DNA of 64,000 nucleotides from an uncultured Lentimicrobiaceae bacterium (GCA_964590645.1 CAZPYJ010000021.1:5121-69120), one strand, 5' to 3'. Positions 49,665 through 59,818 are shown, counted from the first letter of the stretch. A program made the numbers and translations. Notes: a model not told the origin generated them from the sequence alone.

Positions 49665-50938
49665 GAAGAACACTAAAGCATACACAGAAAATGCAGGCTT
49701 CAGCTAAATCTGGAGGATACCGTATCAAGGTATGGTGGCTGAGCCTGCTGTGTATTTTCTTAGCCGGTGGACTTGGTGCCCAGGATAAAAAGTCACAATT
49801 GGAGTTGGAAAAAAAGCGCCTGGAGGAAGAAATCCGCTATACCAATGAGCTATTGGAGAAAACGCGGAAAAGCCGCACCGCTTCAGTCAATGAAGTAGTG
49901 CTCATCGAAAACAATATAAAAAAACGCGAACAACTCATATCAGCCTATAACCGGCAATTGCGCAACATCAACCGGGATATCAGCGGGGCCGGTGCCGAGA
50001 TACAGCGACTGGAGCAGGATCTGGAAAAGTTGAAGGACGAGTACGCCAGGATGATCTACTATGCTCAAAAAACCCGCAATGCCTACACCCGCCTGATGTT
50101 TGTTTTTGCAGCCGAATCCTTCCACCAAGCCTATCGCCGACTAAAGTATTTTCAGCAATACAGCCAATACCGTCGTCAGCAGGTGGCCCTGATCTACCAG
50201 ACTGAGAAAGAACTGATGGACAGGATACGCCGCCTGGAAGGGCAGAAAACAGAAAAGATCACCCTGCTGGAGGACGAGAAGGATGAACAGCATCAATTGC
50301 AAAAAGAGAAGACCAGCAAGAACAAGACCCTTTCACAGCTCAAACAACAGGAGCAGCAGTTGTTGAAGCAGCTACGGGAGCAGGAGAAAGCCCGGAGCAG
50401 GCTGAATGATGAGATTCAGCGCATCATTGCAGAAGAGATTCGGAAAGCCCGAGAGGCCGGAGGCGACCGAAGCAAAGCCGCCCCTTCCGATGTCTTTGTC
50501 CTCACCCCGGAAGAAATGGAATTATCCGCCGACTTTGCCGGAAACCGGGGAAAACTGCCCTGGCCCGTGGAGCGTGGTGTGATTTCCGGGACCTTCGGAG
50601 AACACCCTCATCCCGTATTGAGGGGCATCAAAACAAAAAGCAATGGCGTGGATCTGATGACATCAAGCGGGGCAGAAGCACGGGCCGTTTTTTCCGGTAC
50701 CGTATCCCGCGTGATGAATGTGCCTCAGTTCAATACCGTAGTGATCATCCGGCACGGGGAATACCTGAGCGTATATTCCAATCTGACGGATGTTGTGGTG
50801 TCGATGGGCGATAAAGTGTACACCAAGCAACCCATTGGCAGGGTAGTGACTTCTGCGGAGGAAGGAAAAACCGAACTGCATTTTGAAATCTGGAAGGGGA
50901 AAACCGTGATGGATCCCGAGCCCTGGCTGGCCCGCTAA
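49661..50938 (+). CDS. EnvC-like murein hydrolase activator (coiled coil plus degenerate LytM/M23 domain)
   Basis: ~230 aa of coiled coil followed by an M23 fold. The metal ligands are substituted: SNGVDL replaces HxxxD and ELHFEIW replaces HxH. Confidence 0.85.
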   Translation: MRRTLKHTQKMQASAKSGGYRIKVWWLSLLCIFLAGGLGAQDKKSQLELEKKRLEEEIRYTNELLEKTRKSRTASVNEVVLIENNIKKREQLISAYNRQLRNINRDISGAGAEIQRLEQDLEKLKDEYARMIYYAQKTRNAYTRLMFVFAAESFHQAYRRLKYFQQYSQYRRQQVALIYQTEKELMDRIRRLEGQKTEKITLLEDEKDEQHQLQKEKTSKNKTLSQLKQQEQQLLKQLREQEKARSRLNDEIQRIIAEEIRKAREAGGDRSKAAPSDVFVLTPEEMELSADFAGNRGKLPWPVERGVISGTFGEHPHPVLRGIKTKSNGVDLMTSSGAEARAVFSGTVSRVMNVPQFNTVVIIRHGEYLSVYSNLTDVVVSMGDKVYTKQPIGRVVTSAEEGKTELHFEIWKGKTVMDPEPWLAR

Positions 50939-50985
50939 ATCAAGGGCAGGGGTGAAGTAAGCGGAGAGACTTTCGAACAACTTAT

Positions 50986-50993
50986 TACCTTTG
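50986..50993 (+). promoter_or_regulatory. -7 promoter box (TACCTTTG) for tatA
   Basis: TACCTTTG lies 19 nt upstream of the tatA ATG. Confidence 0.45.
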
Positions 50994-51012
50994 TATCTAA
51001 ACCCAGCGTCTT

Positions 51013-51192
51013 ATGAATACAATATTGCTTGGTTGGTTTGGTTCGACGGAGATCATCATTATCGTGTTAATCATCCTTCTGCTCTTCGGCGGAAAAAGGA
51101 TACCCGAACTGATGCGCGGCATCGGGAAAGGGATCAGAGAATTCCGCAATGGGATGAGCGACAAGGATGAAGCCCGAAAAAAAGATGAATAA
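51013..51192 (+). CDS. tatA: twin-arginine translocase subunit TatA/E
   Basis: 59-aa ORF, apparently too short to be listed in the track, found by hand: MNTILLGWFGSTEIIIIVLIILLLFGGKRIPELMRGIGKGIREFRNGMSDKDEARKKDE. This shows a TM helix, the FGxKRxPE hinge and an amphipathic helix. Confidence 0.88.
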   Translation: MNTILLGWFGSTEIIIIVLIILLLFGGKRIPELMRGIGKGIREFRNGMSDKDEARKKDE

Positions 51193-51225
51193 ATCAATCA
51201 TATCCATCTCTTAACACATCGTATT

Positions 51226-52734
51226 TTGATCAGGAACAGCAAATACTTCCTTCTGATATGTCTTTGGATGGTGGCCCTGCCCAGCCTGGCTGCCAAACCC
51301 GATAGCCTTGTGCCACAGGACAGCGCTGCATCAGCTTATCGTTACGACCCGGTCATCGAAGCCCTCGACAGTATGGTGAGTGCGATGTTTTTCGATACCA
51401 GCGGGCTCTATCCTTATGCTGCCCTGCGAGACTCCGCACTCCCTATAGATGTGCGCAGCATTCCCGATTCGGTATTCGACCGAAAGATGGCCGAACTCAA
51501 CCTGGAAACACCCATTGAGATGGTTTATAATAAAGACGTCCGTCGCTATATTGAACTGTATGGCGGTCGACGTTTTACCCAGATGCAACGAATGCTGGGC
51601 CTGGCCTATCTTTATTTTCCCCTTTTTGAGGCCACCCTCGACAAGTACAATGTTCCTCTGGAGTTGAAATACCTGGCCATCGTGGAGTCGGCCCTCAATC
51701 CCACAGCCCGCTCCCGCGCCGGAGCCAAAGGCCTTTGGCAGTTTATGTACACCACAGGAAAGATGTATGGCCTCAAGACAAATTCGATGGTGGACGACCG
51801 CTACGATCCTATCCTTTCCACCGATGCCGCCGCCCGTCATCTTTACGATCTGTATGAGATCTTCGACGACTGGTCGCTGGCCCTGGCAGCTTATAATTCA
51901 GGTGCCGGAAATGTTACCCGTGCGCTGCGCCGTGCAGGTGGGGTGAAAAGCTACTGGGCCATCCAACCATACCTTCCCCGCGAAACACAAAGCTATGTTC
52001 CCGCTTTTATGGCGGTGGTCTATCTGGCCAGTTATGCTGAAGAATATGGCATCGTGCCCGAAAAACCTGCGGTCTTCTTTCAGGAAACAGATACCATTAC
52101 CATCCACGATGTGCTGGCTTTCGACCAGATCAGTGAATTGCACAATATTCCGATCGAAACCCTTCGTCTCCTAAACCCTGCCTTTGTGCGCGACATTATT
52201 CCGGCCAAAGAAGGGAAAAAATACACACTTCGACTGCCCAGGGAAATGATGCCCCGCTTCATCAGTCTTGAAGATTCTGTATATCGTCACGTAACCAAAG
52301 CAGGGCTGGAAAGAGAGAAGCTGCTTGCCGAAGTGAAGAAGGCCGAAGAACGGATGACGCACGTAGTACGCTCAGGCGAAAACCTGGGTAGCATTGCACG
52401 AAAATACAATGTGAGGGTGAGCGAACTGATGAATTGGAATGGCCTGCGTTCCACAATGATCTACCCCCGTCAGCGCCTGGTCGTCTTCAGCCGCGGAACA
52501 ACCGCAGCTGCCAAGCAAAGCGTCCCTACCCCCGCCCCTGTTGTTGGCAGCCCGGTACAGACCCAGGATATACGTGGACAGCTTACCTATACCGTGCAGG
52601 CAGGCGATACGCTCTGGGATATCGCCCGCCGTTTTGAAGGCGTTACTGCAGAGGATATCCGGAATTTCAACAATATCTCTTCCGCCCACCGCCTGAAACC
52701 CGGCCAAGTCCTCAAGGTGCCAGTAAAATCTTAA
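51226..52734 (+). CDS. MltD-like lytic transglycosylase with two LysM domains
   Basis: SLT catalytic region IVESALNPTARSRAGAKGLWQFM. LysM repeats HVVRSGENLGSIARKYNV and YTVQAGDTLWDIARRF. The TTG start is kept because it yields a proper signal peptide. Confidence 0.88.
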   Translation: MIRNSKYFLLICLWMVALPSLAAKPDSLVPQDSAASAYRYDPVIEALDSMVSAMFFDTSGLYPYAALRDSALPIDVRSIPDSVFDRKMAELNLETPIEMVYNKDVRRYIELYGGRRFTQMQRMLGLAYLYFPLFEATLDKYNVPLELKYLAIVESALNPTARSRAGAKGLWQFMYTTGKMYGLKTNSMVDDRYDPILSTDAAARHLYDLYEIFDDWSLALAAYNSGAGNVTRALRRAGGVKSYWAIQPYLPRETQSYVPAFMAVVYLASYAEEYGIVPEKPAVFFQETDTITIHDVLAFDQISELHNIPIETLRLLNPAFVRDIIPAKEGKKYTLRLPREMMPRFISLEDSVYRHVTKAGLEREKLLAEVKKAEERMTHVVRSGENLGSIARKYNVRVSELMNWNGLRSTMIYPRQRLVVFSRGTTAAAKQSVPTPAPVVGSPVQTQDIRGQLTYTVQAGDTLWDIARRFEGVTAEDIRNFNNISSAHRLKPGQVLKVPVKS

Positions 52735-52747
52735 TATACAGTATATT

Positions 52748-53734
52748 ATGAAGACTCTTGCCCCCCTTTCATTTCTTTTGCTCCTCCTGCTCCTGCTGCA
52801 GTCCTGTGAAGAAGAGCGAAGTGAGATGAGCTCCATCCGTTCCTCCGGAGCCACCGCAGAAGTGATCGTTGTAATGGAAGACGGACTCTGGCAAGGGAGG
52901 CCCGGCGAAATCCTCCGGACTTCACTGACACAGGAAATGCCCGGGATGCCCTGGGGAGAGGCAAGGTTTCGCCCGGTGCAGATAGGCCCCAAGAATTTCG
53001 ATAAAAATTACCAACGTCATCACAACATCATCATCGCCCAGCTCAACGAGCGACTGGACTCATCCAGTGTGGAAACAATGCTGGACCGCTGGGCCAAACC
53101 ACAACGGCTTATCCACCTTCGGGCAGGCACGGCCGAAGAACTCATCCAAGCCTGGAAAAAACGGGAGGAAAACATCATTGAACTGCTGCGTGAAAGCGGC
53201 CGGGCAAGAATGCAACGCCTCTTTGCCGAAATGCAGGACGTCAATCTTAAAAAAAGGATGATGGAAACAATGGGCCTCAACCTGACCCTTCCCGGGGGAT
53301 TCAGTGTGGCCAGGATGACGCCTGAATTTGCCTGGCTGCGCAAGGAAACCAAAGACTTCAGCCAGGGGATCATCATCTATTTCACCCCTTATGAGGATAC
53401 CACCTATTTTAATACCCAATTGCTGATCAACCGTCGCAACCAGATGTGTATGCTTTATATTCCCGGGGAAAAAGAAGGCTCCTATATGACCACAGCCAAC
53501 AGCTTTCCCCCGGAGAGTTTCCGCATTTATTTTAAAGACCGCTTCGCCGTCGAAACCCGCGGCCTATGGGATGTAGTGGGGGATTTTATGGGTGGCCCCT
53601 TCCTGAATTATGCCATCCTTGATGAAGAAAACAACCGCATCATTTCCCTCGATGGATATGTTTATTATCCCAATAATGACAAACGGGATCTCCTGCTCCA
53701 GCTGGAGGCAATGTTCTATACCCTGGAATTCTAA
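52748..53734 (+). CDS. DUF4837-like lipoprotein
   Basis: Lipobox LLLLLQSC; 328 aa; the family assignment is from memory of Bacteroidota DUF4837 proteins and is moderate. Confidence 0.6.
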   Translation: MKTLAPLSFLLLLLLLLQSCEEERSEMSSIRSSGATAEVIVVMEDGLWQGRPGEILRTSLTQEMPGMPWGEARFRPVQIGPKNFDKNYQRHHNIIIAQLNERLDSSSVETMLDRWAKPQRLIHLRAGTAEELIQAWKKREENIIELLRESGRARMQRLFAEMQDVNLKKRMMETMGLNLTLPGGFSVARMTPEFAWLRKETKDFSQGIIIYFTPYEDTTYFNTQLLINRRNQMCMLYIPGEKEGSYMTTANSFPPESFRIYFKDRFAVETRGLWDVVGDFMGGPFLNYAILDEENNRIISLDGYVYYPNNDKRDLLLQLEAMFYTLEF

Positions 53735-55866
53735 AGCTTCTCTTTGAAATAGCGTTCGATCACACGGTGCAAATGCGCCCGGTCTTTCCCCCTGACATTG
53801 TGTTCGTGGCCGGGATAGACAAAGTAGTCCACCATTTTTCCGGCTTCAATACACGATTGAACAAAGCGCAGGCTGTGTTGCCATACCACCACCGGATCCA
53901 TCGTCCCGTGAATGATCAGCAGCTCTCCGTCCAGCTTATCGGCATACTCCATCAGGTTTGAAGCCTTGTAGCCCTCCGGATTCTCCCGGGGGGTATCCAT
54001 ATAGCGTTCTCCATACATCACCTCGTAATACTGCCAGTCGATGACGGGTCCACCGGCCACCCCTGCTTTGAAGACGCCCGGGTTTTTCAGCATCATCGAA
54101 ATGGTCATAAATCCTCCGTAACTCCAGCCGTTCACCCCGATGCGGGTGGTATCCACAAAGGGCAGGGATCTCAGATAAGCAATGCCCTGCATCTGATCTT
54201 CCACCTCCACTTTGCCACATTCTCTGAAAATAGCTTGCTCGAAAGCCAGTCCGCGCCCCGCCGAGCCCCGGTTGTCGAGGGTAAAAACAATATACCCCTG
54301 CTGTGCCAGATAATTCAGAAAAAGGCCTGCACCTCCCAACCAGGAGTTGGTGATCAGCTGTGCGTGAGGGCCGCCATACACATAAACCAATACCGGGTAC
54401 TGCTGCGCAGGATCAAAGTCGGGAGGAAGGATCATACGGGAATACAATTCCGTGCCGTCCTGGGCCTGAAGGGTAAAAATGCGTGTTTCGCCCAGGGCAT
54501 AGCCTTCCAGGGGGTCCTTGTTCTCGCGCAAGACTTCCACCAGGCTGCCATTCTGATCGAGCAAAAGGTATTCCCTGGCCACCTCTGTATTGCTGTACAC
54601 ATCAAAGAAATAAGCCTTGTCCTCCCGCAACACCACAGAATGCGTTCCAGGGGCATAGGTCAGTTTTCGGGGGCTTCTTTTCTTAAGGTCTATCGCGTAG
54701 AGATGCTTCTCGAGCGGACTTTCAGCCCTTGCCATAAAAAAGCACTGACGGCCTTTGGGATCAAAACCCAGAAAATCGGTGACCACCCAGGAACCGGATG
54801 TTAATGGGCGGATGAGCTTTCCATTGACATCATAGAGATAGAGGTGCTGATAGCCGTCTCTTTCGCTAAACCACACAAACTGCTGAGGATTGCCGGGAAC
54901 AAAGTGGAGCGGATGCTCAGGTTCCACATACTTCGGATCTTTTTCTTCCAGGATGGTATTCACATATTTCCCGGTGGCGGCTTCATAGCGATTCAGTTTC
55001 AGGTGATTCTGGTCGCGGTTCAGCAAGGCTACATAGAGATAGCGGCTTTCGGGCCCCCAGCTGACTGAAGTCAGGTACTGATCCGCGGGTTCACCTGTTT
55101 CCAGAAAGAGGGTTTTTCCCGTTTGGGTATCAAAAATCCCAAGCTGCACTTCTTCGCTCACCTCCCCGGCCATAGGGTAGCGGGTATGGCTCACTTTTGC
55201 AATGCGACCGCTGACATCCACCAGGGGGTACTCGCTCACCATACGCTCGTCTTTGCGGTAGAATGCCAGCCTGGATCCGTCCGGCGACCAGAACGTGCCT
55301 TTGTCAATACCAAATTCCCGGCGATGCACCTCCTGTCCGTTCACAATACCTCCATTCGTATCGTGGCTCACTTCCCATTGCTGATCGGTGCCTGCGATAA
55401 AAAGGTTGTTTTCAATGGTGTAGGCCAGGCGCATCGAGCCTTTGTGCAAGTCGGTATTCTTGGCCTGATCCGGATAATTGATCCCCTTCTTCGCCTGATT
55501 GCGGCTCAGGTCGTAGCTCCAGAGGGTATTTTTGTGATGAAAAAGAAAGACCGACTCGCTGATCCAGTCTAAGGAAGGAAAGCGCTTCAGCTCTTCTCCG
55601 CCAGCCGCAACAACGGCCTCAGAAAGTGCCGCTGTTTTCAGCAGGGTATCCCTCGATTCGGCATTCACCCTCCCGCGAACCAAAACCCCCTCTTCCACAA
55701 AGGCATAGCTGTCGCTATTGCCCATCCAGGCCAGGTTCGTCATAGAAACGGGAAAGACATCCCGGTTCTGGAAAGCCGCATCCTCGGGGGTCAATTGTTT
55801 TTGCTGGGCGAAGATGGAACTGAGCGCAAGGAGGCTTGCTAAAGCAAGCGTAATCTGGTTTTTCAT
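53731..55866 (-). CDS. dipeptidyl-peptidase IV family serine peptidase (S9B)
   Basis: Signal peptide, N-terminal beta-propeller region, and nucleophile elbow GVNGWSYGG in a C-terminal alpha/beta-hydrolase domain. Confidence 0.9.
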   Translation of the reverse strand: MKNQITLALASLLALSSIFAQQKQLTPEDAAFQNRDVFPVSMTNLAWMGNSDSYAFVEEGVLVRGRVNAESRDTLLKTAALSEAVVAAGGEELKRFPSLDWISESVFLFHHKNTLWSYDLSRNQAKKGINYPDQAKNTDLHKGSMRLAYTIENNLFIAGTDQQWEVSHDTNGGIVNGQEVHRREFGIDKGTFWSPDGSRLAFYRKDERMVSEYPLVDVSGRIAKVSHTRYPMAGEVSEEVQLGIFDTQTGKTLFLETGEPADQYLTSVSWGPESRYLYVALLNRDQNHLKLNRYEAATGKYVNTILEEKDPKYVEPEHPLHFVPGNPQQFVWFSERDGYQHLYLYDVNGKLIRPLTSGSWVVTDFLGFDPKGRQCFFMARAESPLEKHLYAIDLKKRSPRKLTYAPGTHSVVLREDKAYFFDVYSNTEVAREYLLLDQNGSLVEVLRENKDPLEGYALGETRIFTLQAQDGTELYSRMILPPDFDPAQQYPVLVYVYGGPHAQLITNSWLGGAGLFLNYLAQQGYIVFTLDNRGSAGRGLAFEQAIFRECGKVEVEDQMQGIAYLRSLPFVDTTRIGVNGWSYGGFMTISMMLKNPGVFKAGVAGGPVIDWQYYEVMYGERYMDTPRENPEGYKASNLMEYADKLDGELLIIHGTMDPVVVWQHSLRFVQSCIEAGKMVDYFVYPGHEHNVRGKDRAHLHRVIERYFKEKL

Positions 55867-55968
55867 TTTATCTGGTTTTGCCGCACGAAAATAGGAAAGG
55901 CGGAGAAAAGGGGAATCATTTTTTCCGTTTTCGGCTTCCAGATCGTCTGTTTAGGTACAATCAGCGAT

Positions 55969-56658
55969 ATGAAGCTCTTAAGCGATCTGCTTTGCCTGTT
56001 TTTTCCCCGTCACTGCCTCACCTGCGGAAACAGCCTCTTTCCTGAGGAAGAGGTCTTGTGTATGGGGTGCCGTTTCCATCTGCCCCGGACTTTTTTTGAG
56101 CACGACCCTGAGAATGTGGTCGCCCGGGCTTTCTGGGGCCGCATTCCCCTGGCAGCAGCCGGGGCAGCGTATCATTTTCGCAAAGGGAACCGGGTGCAGC
56201 AATTGTTGCACCGACTGAAATACCGGGGTGAGGCCCATATCGGTCTTTACCTGGGAAAGCTCTTGGGTGAAAGCATTCGAACACATCCTGTTTTCAGCAA
56301 AGCTGATAAGATCATCCCCATTCCCCTGCATCCAAAGAAACTCCGTAAAAGAGGTTACAATCAGAGTGAACGCATCGCCAGGGGAGTAGCCGAGGTCACA
56401 GGAATCCCTGTAGATCTCTTCTGCCTTTGCCGGGTGCAGGCCAACCGTACCCAGACGAAGAAAGCGCGTTATGCCCGTTGGGAGAATGTTTCAGAAGTAT
56501 TTGCCGTGGAAAAGCCTGAAAAAATCAGGGGAAAGCACATCCTGCTGATCGACGATGTGATCACGACCGGGGCCACGATGGAAGCGGCAGCCCAGAGCCT
56601 GCGTGATGCCGGGGCGGAGGCGGTGAGCCTGCTGGCTTTTGCCAGCACTTTCCGCTAA
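55969..56658 (+). CDS. comF: ComF family protein (phosphoribosyltransferase domain)
   Basis: N-terminal Cys pairs CLTCG..CMGC and PRTase motif ILLIDDVITTGAT. Confidence 0.88.
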   Translation: MKLLSDLLCLFFPRHCLTCGNSLFPEEEVLCMGCRFHLPRTFFEHDPENVVARAFWGRIPLAAAGAAYHFRKGNRVQQLLHRLKYRGEAHIGLYLGKLLGESIRTHPVFSKADKIIPIPLHPKKLRKRGYNQSERIARGVAEVTGIPVDLFCLCRVQANRTQTKKARYARWENVSEVFAVEKPEKIRGKHILLIDDVITTGATMEAAAQSLRDAGAEAVSLLAFASTFR

Positions 56659-56749
56659 GAGTAAAGCGGATACAATTCCTTCCTTTTTCTTATTTTCGCC
56701 GTCGAACATACTGCCTGATATCCGGGGCAGCCTTTGCAACCAGGTTTCG

Positions 56750-59700
56750 ATGAAAGACTTCAAACTGATCAACAATTTGCTGGGATGGCTGGTATTTGCC
56801 ATAGCCACCACCACTTATTTTCTCACGCTGGAGCCGACCGCAAGCTGGTGGGATTGCGGAGAATATATTACCACCGCTTATAAGCTTCAGGTAGGACATC
56901 CTCCCGGAGCTCCGACCTTCCAGATGGTGGGACGCTTCTTTTCCCTTTTTGCTTTTGGAGATACGAGCCAGGTAGCCCTGATGGTGAATGGGATGTCGGC
57001 CCTGAGCTCCAGTTTTTCCATCCTTTTTCTTTTCTGGTCCATCACCCTGCTGGGGCGGAAGTTCCTCCCGGAAGTGGGGCAGATGAGCCGCGGACAGAAG
57101 ATTGCCCTCTTTGGCAGCGCTCTGGTGGGATCCCTGGCCTATACCTTCAGCGATACCTTCTGGTTCAGCGCCGTGGAAGGCGAGGTGTATGCAATGTCCA
57201 GCTTCTTCACCGCCCTGGTCTTCTGGATCATTCTGAAATGGGATACGGAAGCAGACCAGCCTGGCAGCAACCGCTGGCTTATTCTGCTGGCTTATGTGAT
57301 CGGATTGAGTATAGGGGTGCATTTGCTCAACCTGCTGGCCATACCGGCCATCGCCCTGGTTTACTACTACCGCAAGCATAAACCCACCAGCAAAGGAACC
57401 ATCCTCACCCTGGGCATCAGTATGGTGCTGCTGGCCCTTATCCTATATGGGATTATTCCCTGGATCGTGGATCTTTCGGCCCGCTTCGAGCTGATCTTCG
57501 TCAATGGCTTTGGCCTGCCTTTCAACTCGGGCACCCTGATCTATTTCGCCCTGCTGATTGCCGGAATTCTCTATGGCCTCCGCTATGCTCACAGAAAAGG
57601 GAGAGCCCTGCTGCATACCGGTATCCTGGCTTTTATGTTCCTGCTCATCGGTTATTCTTCCTTTATGATGCTGATTATCCGCTCCAATGCAGATACCCCC
57701 ATCGATCAGAACAATCCGGAAGATGCCATTGGACTGCTCTTTTACCTGAACCGTGAGCAATATGGAAGCAATCCTCTCTTCTACGGGCATTACTACAATG
57801 CCCCCCTGGATCCGCAAAATCCTTATAAAGACGGTTCTCCGGTTTACCGCAGAGATAAAGAACAGGGCAGGTATGTGGTGGTGGATGACCGCAAATCCAG
57901 TATCCCCAATTATGATTCCCGTTTTGAATCCATTTTCCCCCGAATGTGGAGCTCTCAGAAAAGCATTCACATCCGCGAATACGAAAGATGGGGAGGAGAA
58001 GGGGGCAAGCCGGTCAGGGTTACCAACCGGAACGGAGAAACGGAAGTGCTTTTAGCCCCTACAATGGGCCAGAACCTCCGCTATTTCTTCCGCTACCAGA
58101 TCGGGCATATGTACTGGCGCTACTTTATGTGGAATTTTGCCGGCCGTCAGAACGATGTGCAGGGGCACGGCAGCCCCCACGAAGGAAACTGGATCAGCGG
58201 GATCAAATTCCTCGATCAGGCTCGCCTGGGGAACCTGGACGCTTTTCCTGAAAACTGGAAAGACAACCCGGCCCACAACAAATTCTACCTGCTTCCCTTC
58301 CTGTTGGGGCTGGCCGGTATGGCTTTCCATTTCAAGCGAACAAAGCAGGGAGGACTGGTGGTGCTGATGCTCTTCCTGATGACAGGACTGGCGATTATCG
58401 TCTATTTGAACCAATATCCTTATCAACCAAGGGAAAGGGATTATGCTTATGCAGGAAGCTTTTATGCTTTTAGTATCTGGATAGGACTGGGAGTGATGGC
58501 CCTCTACGACAGCCTTAGAAAAATGATTAATCCCACGGTGGCCGCCACCGCCGCCACCGCCTTATCCCTCTTGCTGGTTCCAGCCCTGATGGCCAAAGAT
58601 GGCTGGGACGACCACGACCGCTCCGGAAAATACTCCGCCCGGGATTTCGCCAAAGCCTACCTCAGCGCCTGTGAGCCCAATGCCATCCTGATCACCAATG
58701 GCGACAACGATACCTTCCCGCTCTGGTATGCTCAGGAGGTGGAAGGCTTCCGCACAGATGTAAGGGTAGTCAACTTTATGCTCGCCTCCGGCAGTTGGTA
58801 TATCCATCAGCTGAAGAACAAGGTGTACGAATCCGACCCCATTCCGATGAGCCTCACCAAGGCCCAATATGAAAGAGGAAGCAACGACTTTGTTCCTTTC
58901 GTCAAAAGGGAAAATGTGAGCAGACAGGAGGTGAAGGAGATCATCCGCTTTATTGCCAACGAACAGGAGTTTACCAAGGTCGGTTTGCAAAGCGGAAAGA
59001 AAATCAATTACATCCCAACCCAGCAGTTGCGCCTTAGCGTGGATTCAGCAGCCTGTGTGGACAATGGCTTTGTGCCGCGCAAATTTGCCGACCGCATTGT
59101 TTCTCATATCGACTGGGACATCAGAAAACGCAACCTCTTCAAGAACGACCTGATGCTGCTCGATTTCCTCTCTACCTTCAACTGGGACAGGCCACTGTAC
59201 CTGGCCAGTCCGCAGGCTATGCGCGACATCTTTGATGTAGACCAGTATATGCACCAGGAAGGTATAGTGTACCGCTTTATGCCGATCCGGACAGAAAACT
59301 ATATGCGCGGCCTGGGTGGCATCGTGGATACAGAGCGTTGCTACGACCTGTTGATGGGCCAGGAGCGCTGGGGTAACCTCAATCATCCGGATGTGGCTGT
59401 GGACCGCGAGAGCTATCGCAATGTGGCCATTCCCCGCAATAATTTTATGCGCCTGGCACAATCGCTGCTGGGGGAAAACAAAAAAGAGGAGGCTATTGCG
59501 GTCATCGACAGGGTATTGGAGCTGTTCCCCAACGAGAAGATCCTGTTCGATATTTACACCTACGCTTTTGCGGAGCTTTACATTCAGGCCGGGGCGAAAG
59601 AGAAGGCAGAGCAACTTGCCCTGACCCTGGCGGAAAACCTGCGGCAGGAACTGGCTTATTTTGACTCACTGCGCCCGGATCAGGCTTCAATCTTTGAAAC

Positions 59701-59818
59701 CGACCGGCGTCAGTATATGGGCATCCTCTCGAATATGCGCAGCACGGCACAGCAGGAAGGACTGGAGGAGCTGGAATCCTTTGTCACACCCATTCTGGCC
59801 CTGCAGGGAGTGCAGTAG
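56750..59818 (+). CDS. DUF2723-type large polytopic membrane protein (putative protein O-glycosyl/mannosyltransferase-like) with C-terminal TPR-like region
   Basis: Start trimmed to MKDFKLINNLLGWLVFAIATTTYFLTLEPTASWWDCGEYI..QVGHPPGAP, the hallmark DUF2723 N-terminus. Confidence 0.85.
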   Translation: MKDFKLINNLLGWLVFAIATTTYFLTLEPTASWWDCGEYITTAYKLQVGHPPGAPTFQMVGRFFSLFAFGDTSQVALMVNGMSALSSSFSILFLFWSITLLGRKFLPEVGQMSRGQKIALFGSALVGSLAYTFSDTFWFSAVEGEVYAMSSFFTALVFWIILKWDTEADQPGSNRWLILLAYVIGLSIGVHLLNLLAIPAIALVYYYRKHKPTSKGTILTLGISMVLLALILYGIIPWIVDLSARFELIFVNGFGLPFNSGTLIYFALLIAGILYGLRYAHRKGRALLHTGILAFMFLLIGYSSFMMLIIRSNADTPIDQNNPEDAIGLLFYLNREQYGSNPLFYGHYYNAPLDPQNPYKDGSPVYRRDKEQGRYVVVDDRKSSIPNYDSRFESIFPRMWSSQKSIHIREYERWGGEGGKPVRVTNRNGETEVLLAPTMGQNLRYFFRYQIGHMYWRYFMWNFAGRQNDVQGHGSPHEGNWISGIKFLDQARLGNLDAFPENWKDNPAHNKFYLLPFLLGLAGMAFHFKRTKQGGLVVLMLFLMTGLAIIVYLNQYPYQPRERDYAYAGSFYAFSIWIGLGVMALYDSLRKMINPTVAATAATALSLLLVPALMAKDGWDDHDRSGKYSARDFAKAYLSACEPNAILITNGDNDTFPLWYAQEVEGFRTDVRVVNFMLASGSWYIHQLKNKVYESDPIPMSLTKAQYERGSNDFVPFVKRENVSRQEVKEIIRFIANEQEFTKVGLQSGKKINYIPTQQLRLSVDSAACVDNGFVPRKFADRIVSHIDWDIRKRNLFKNDLMLLDFLSTFNWDRPLYLASPQAMRDIFDVDQYMHQEGIVYRFMPIRTENYMRGLGGIVDTERCYDLLMGQERWGNLNHPDVAVDRESYRNVAIPRNNFMRLAQSLLGENKKEEAIAVIDRVLELFPNEKILFDIYTYAFAELYIQAGAKEKAEQLALTLAENLRQELAYFDSLRPDQASIFETDRRQYMGILSNMRSTAQQEGLEELESFVTPILALQGVQ

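Noticed and set aside
50997-51197. A 66-aa minus-strand ORF listed in the track.
   Set aside because: It is the antisense shadow of the hand-found tatA gene.
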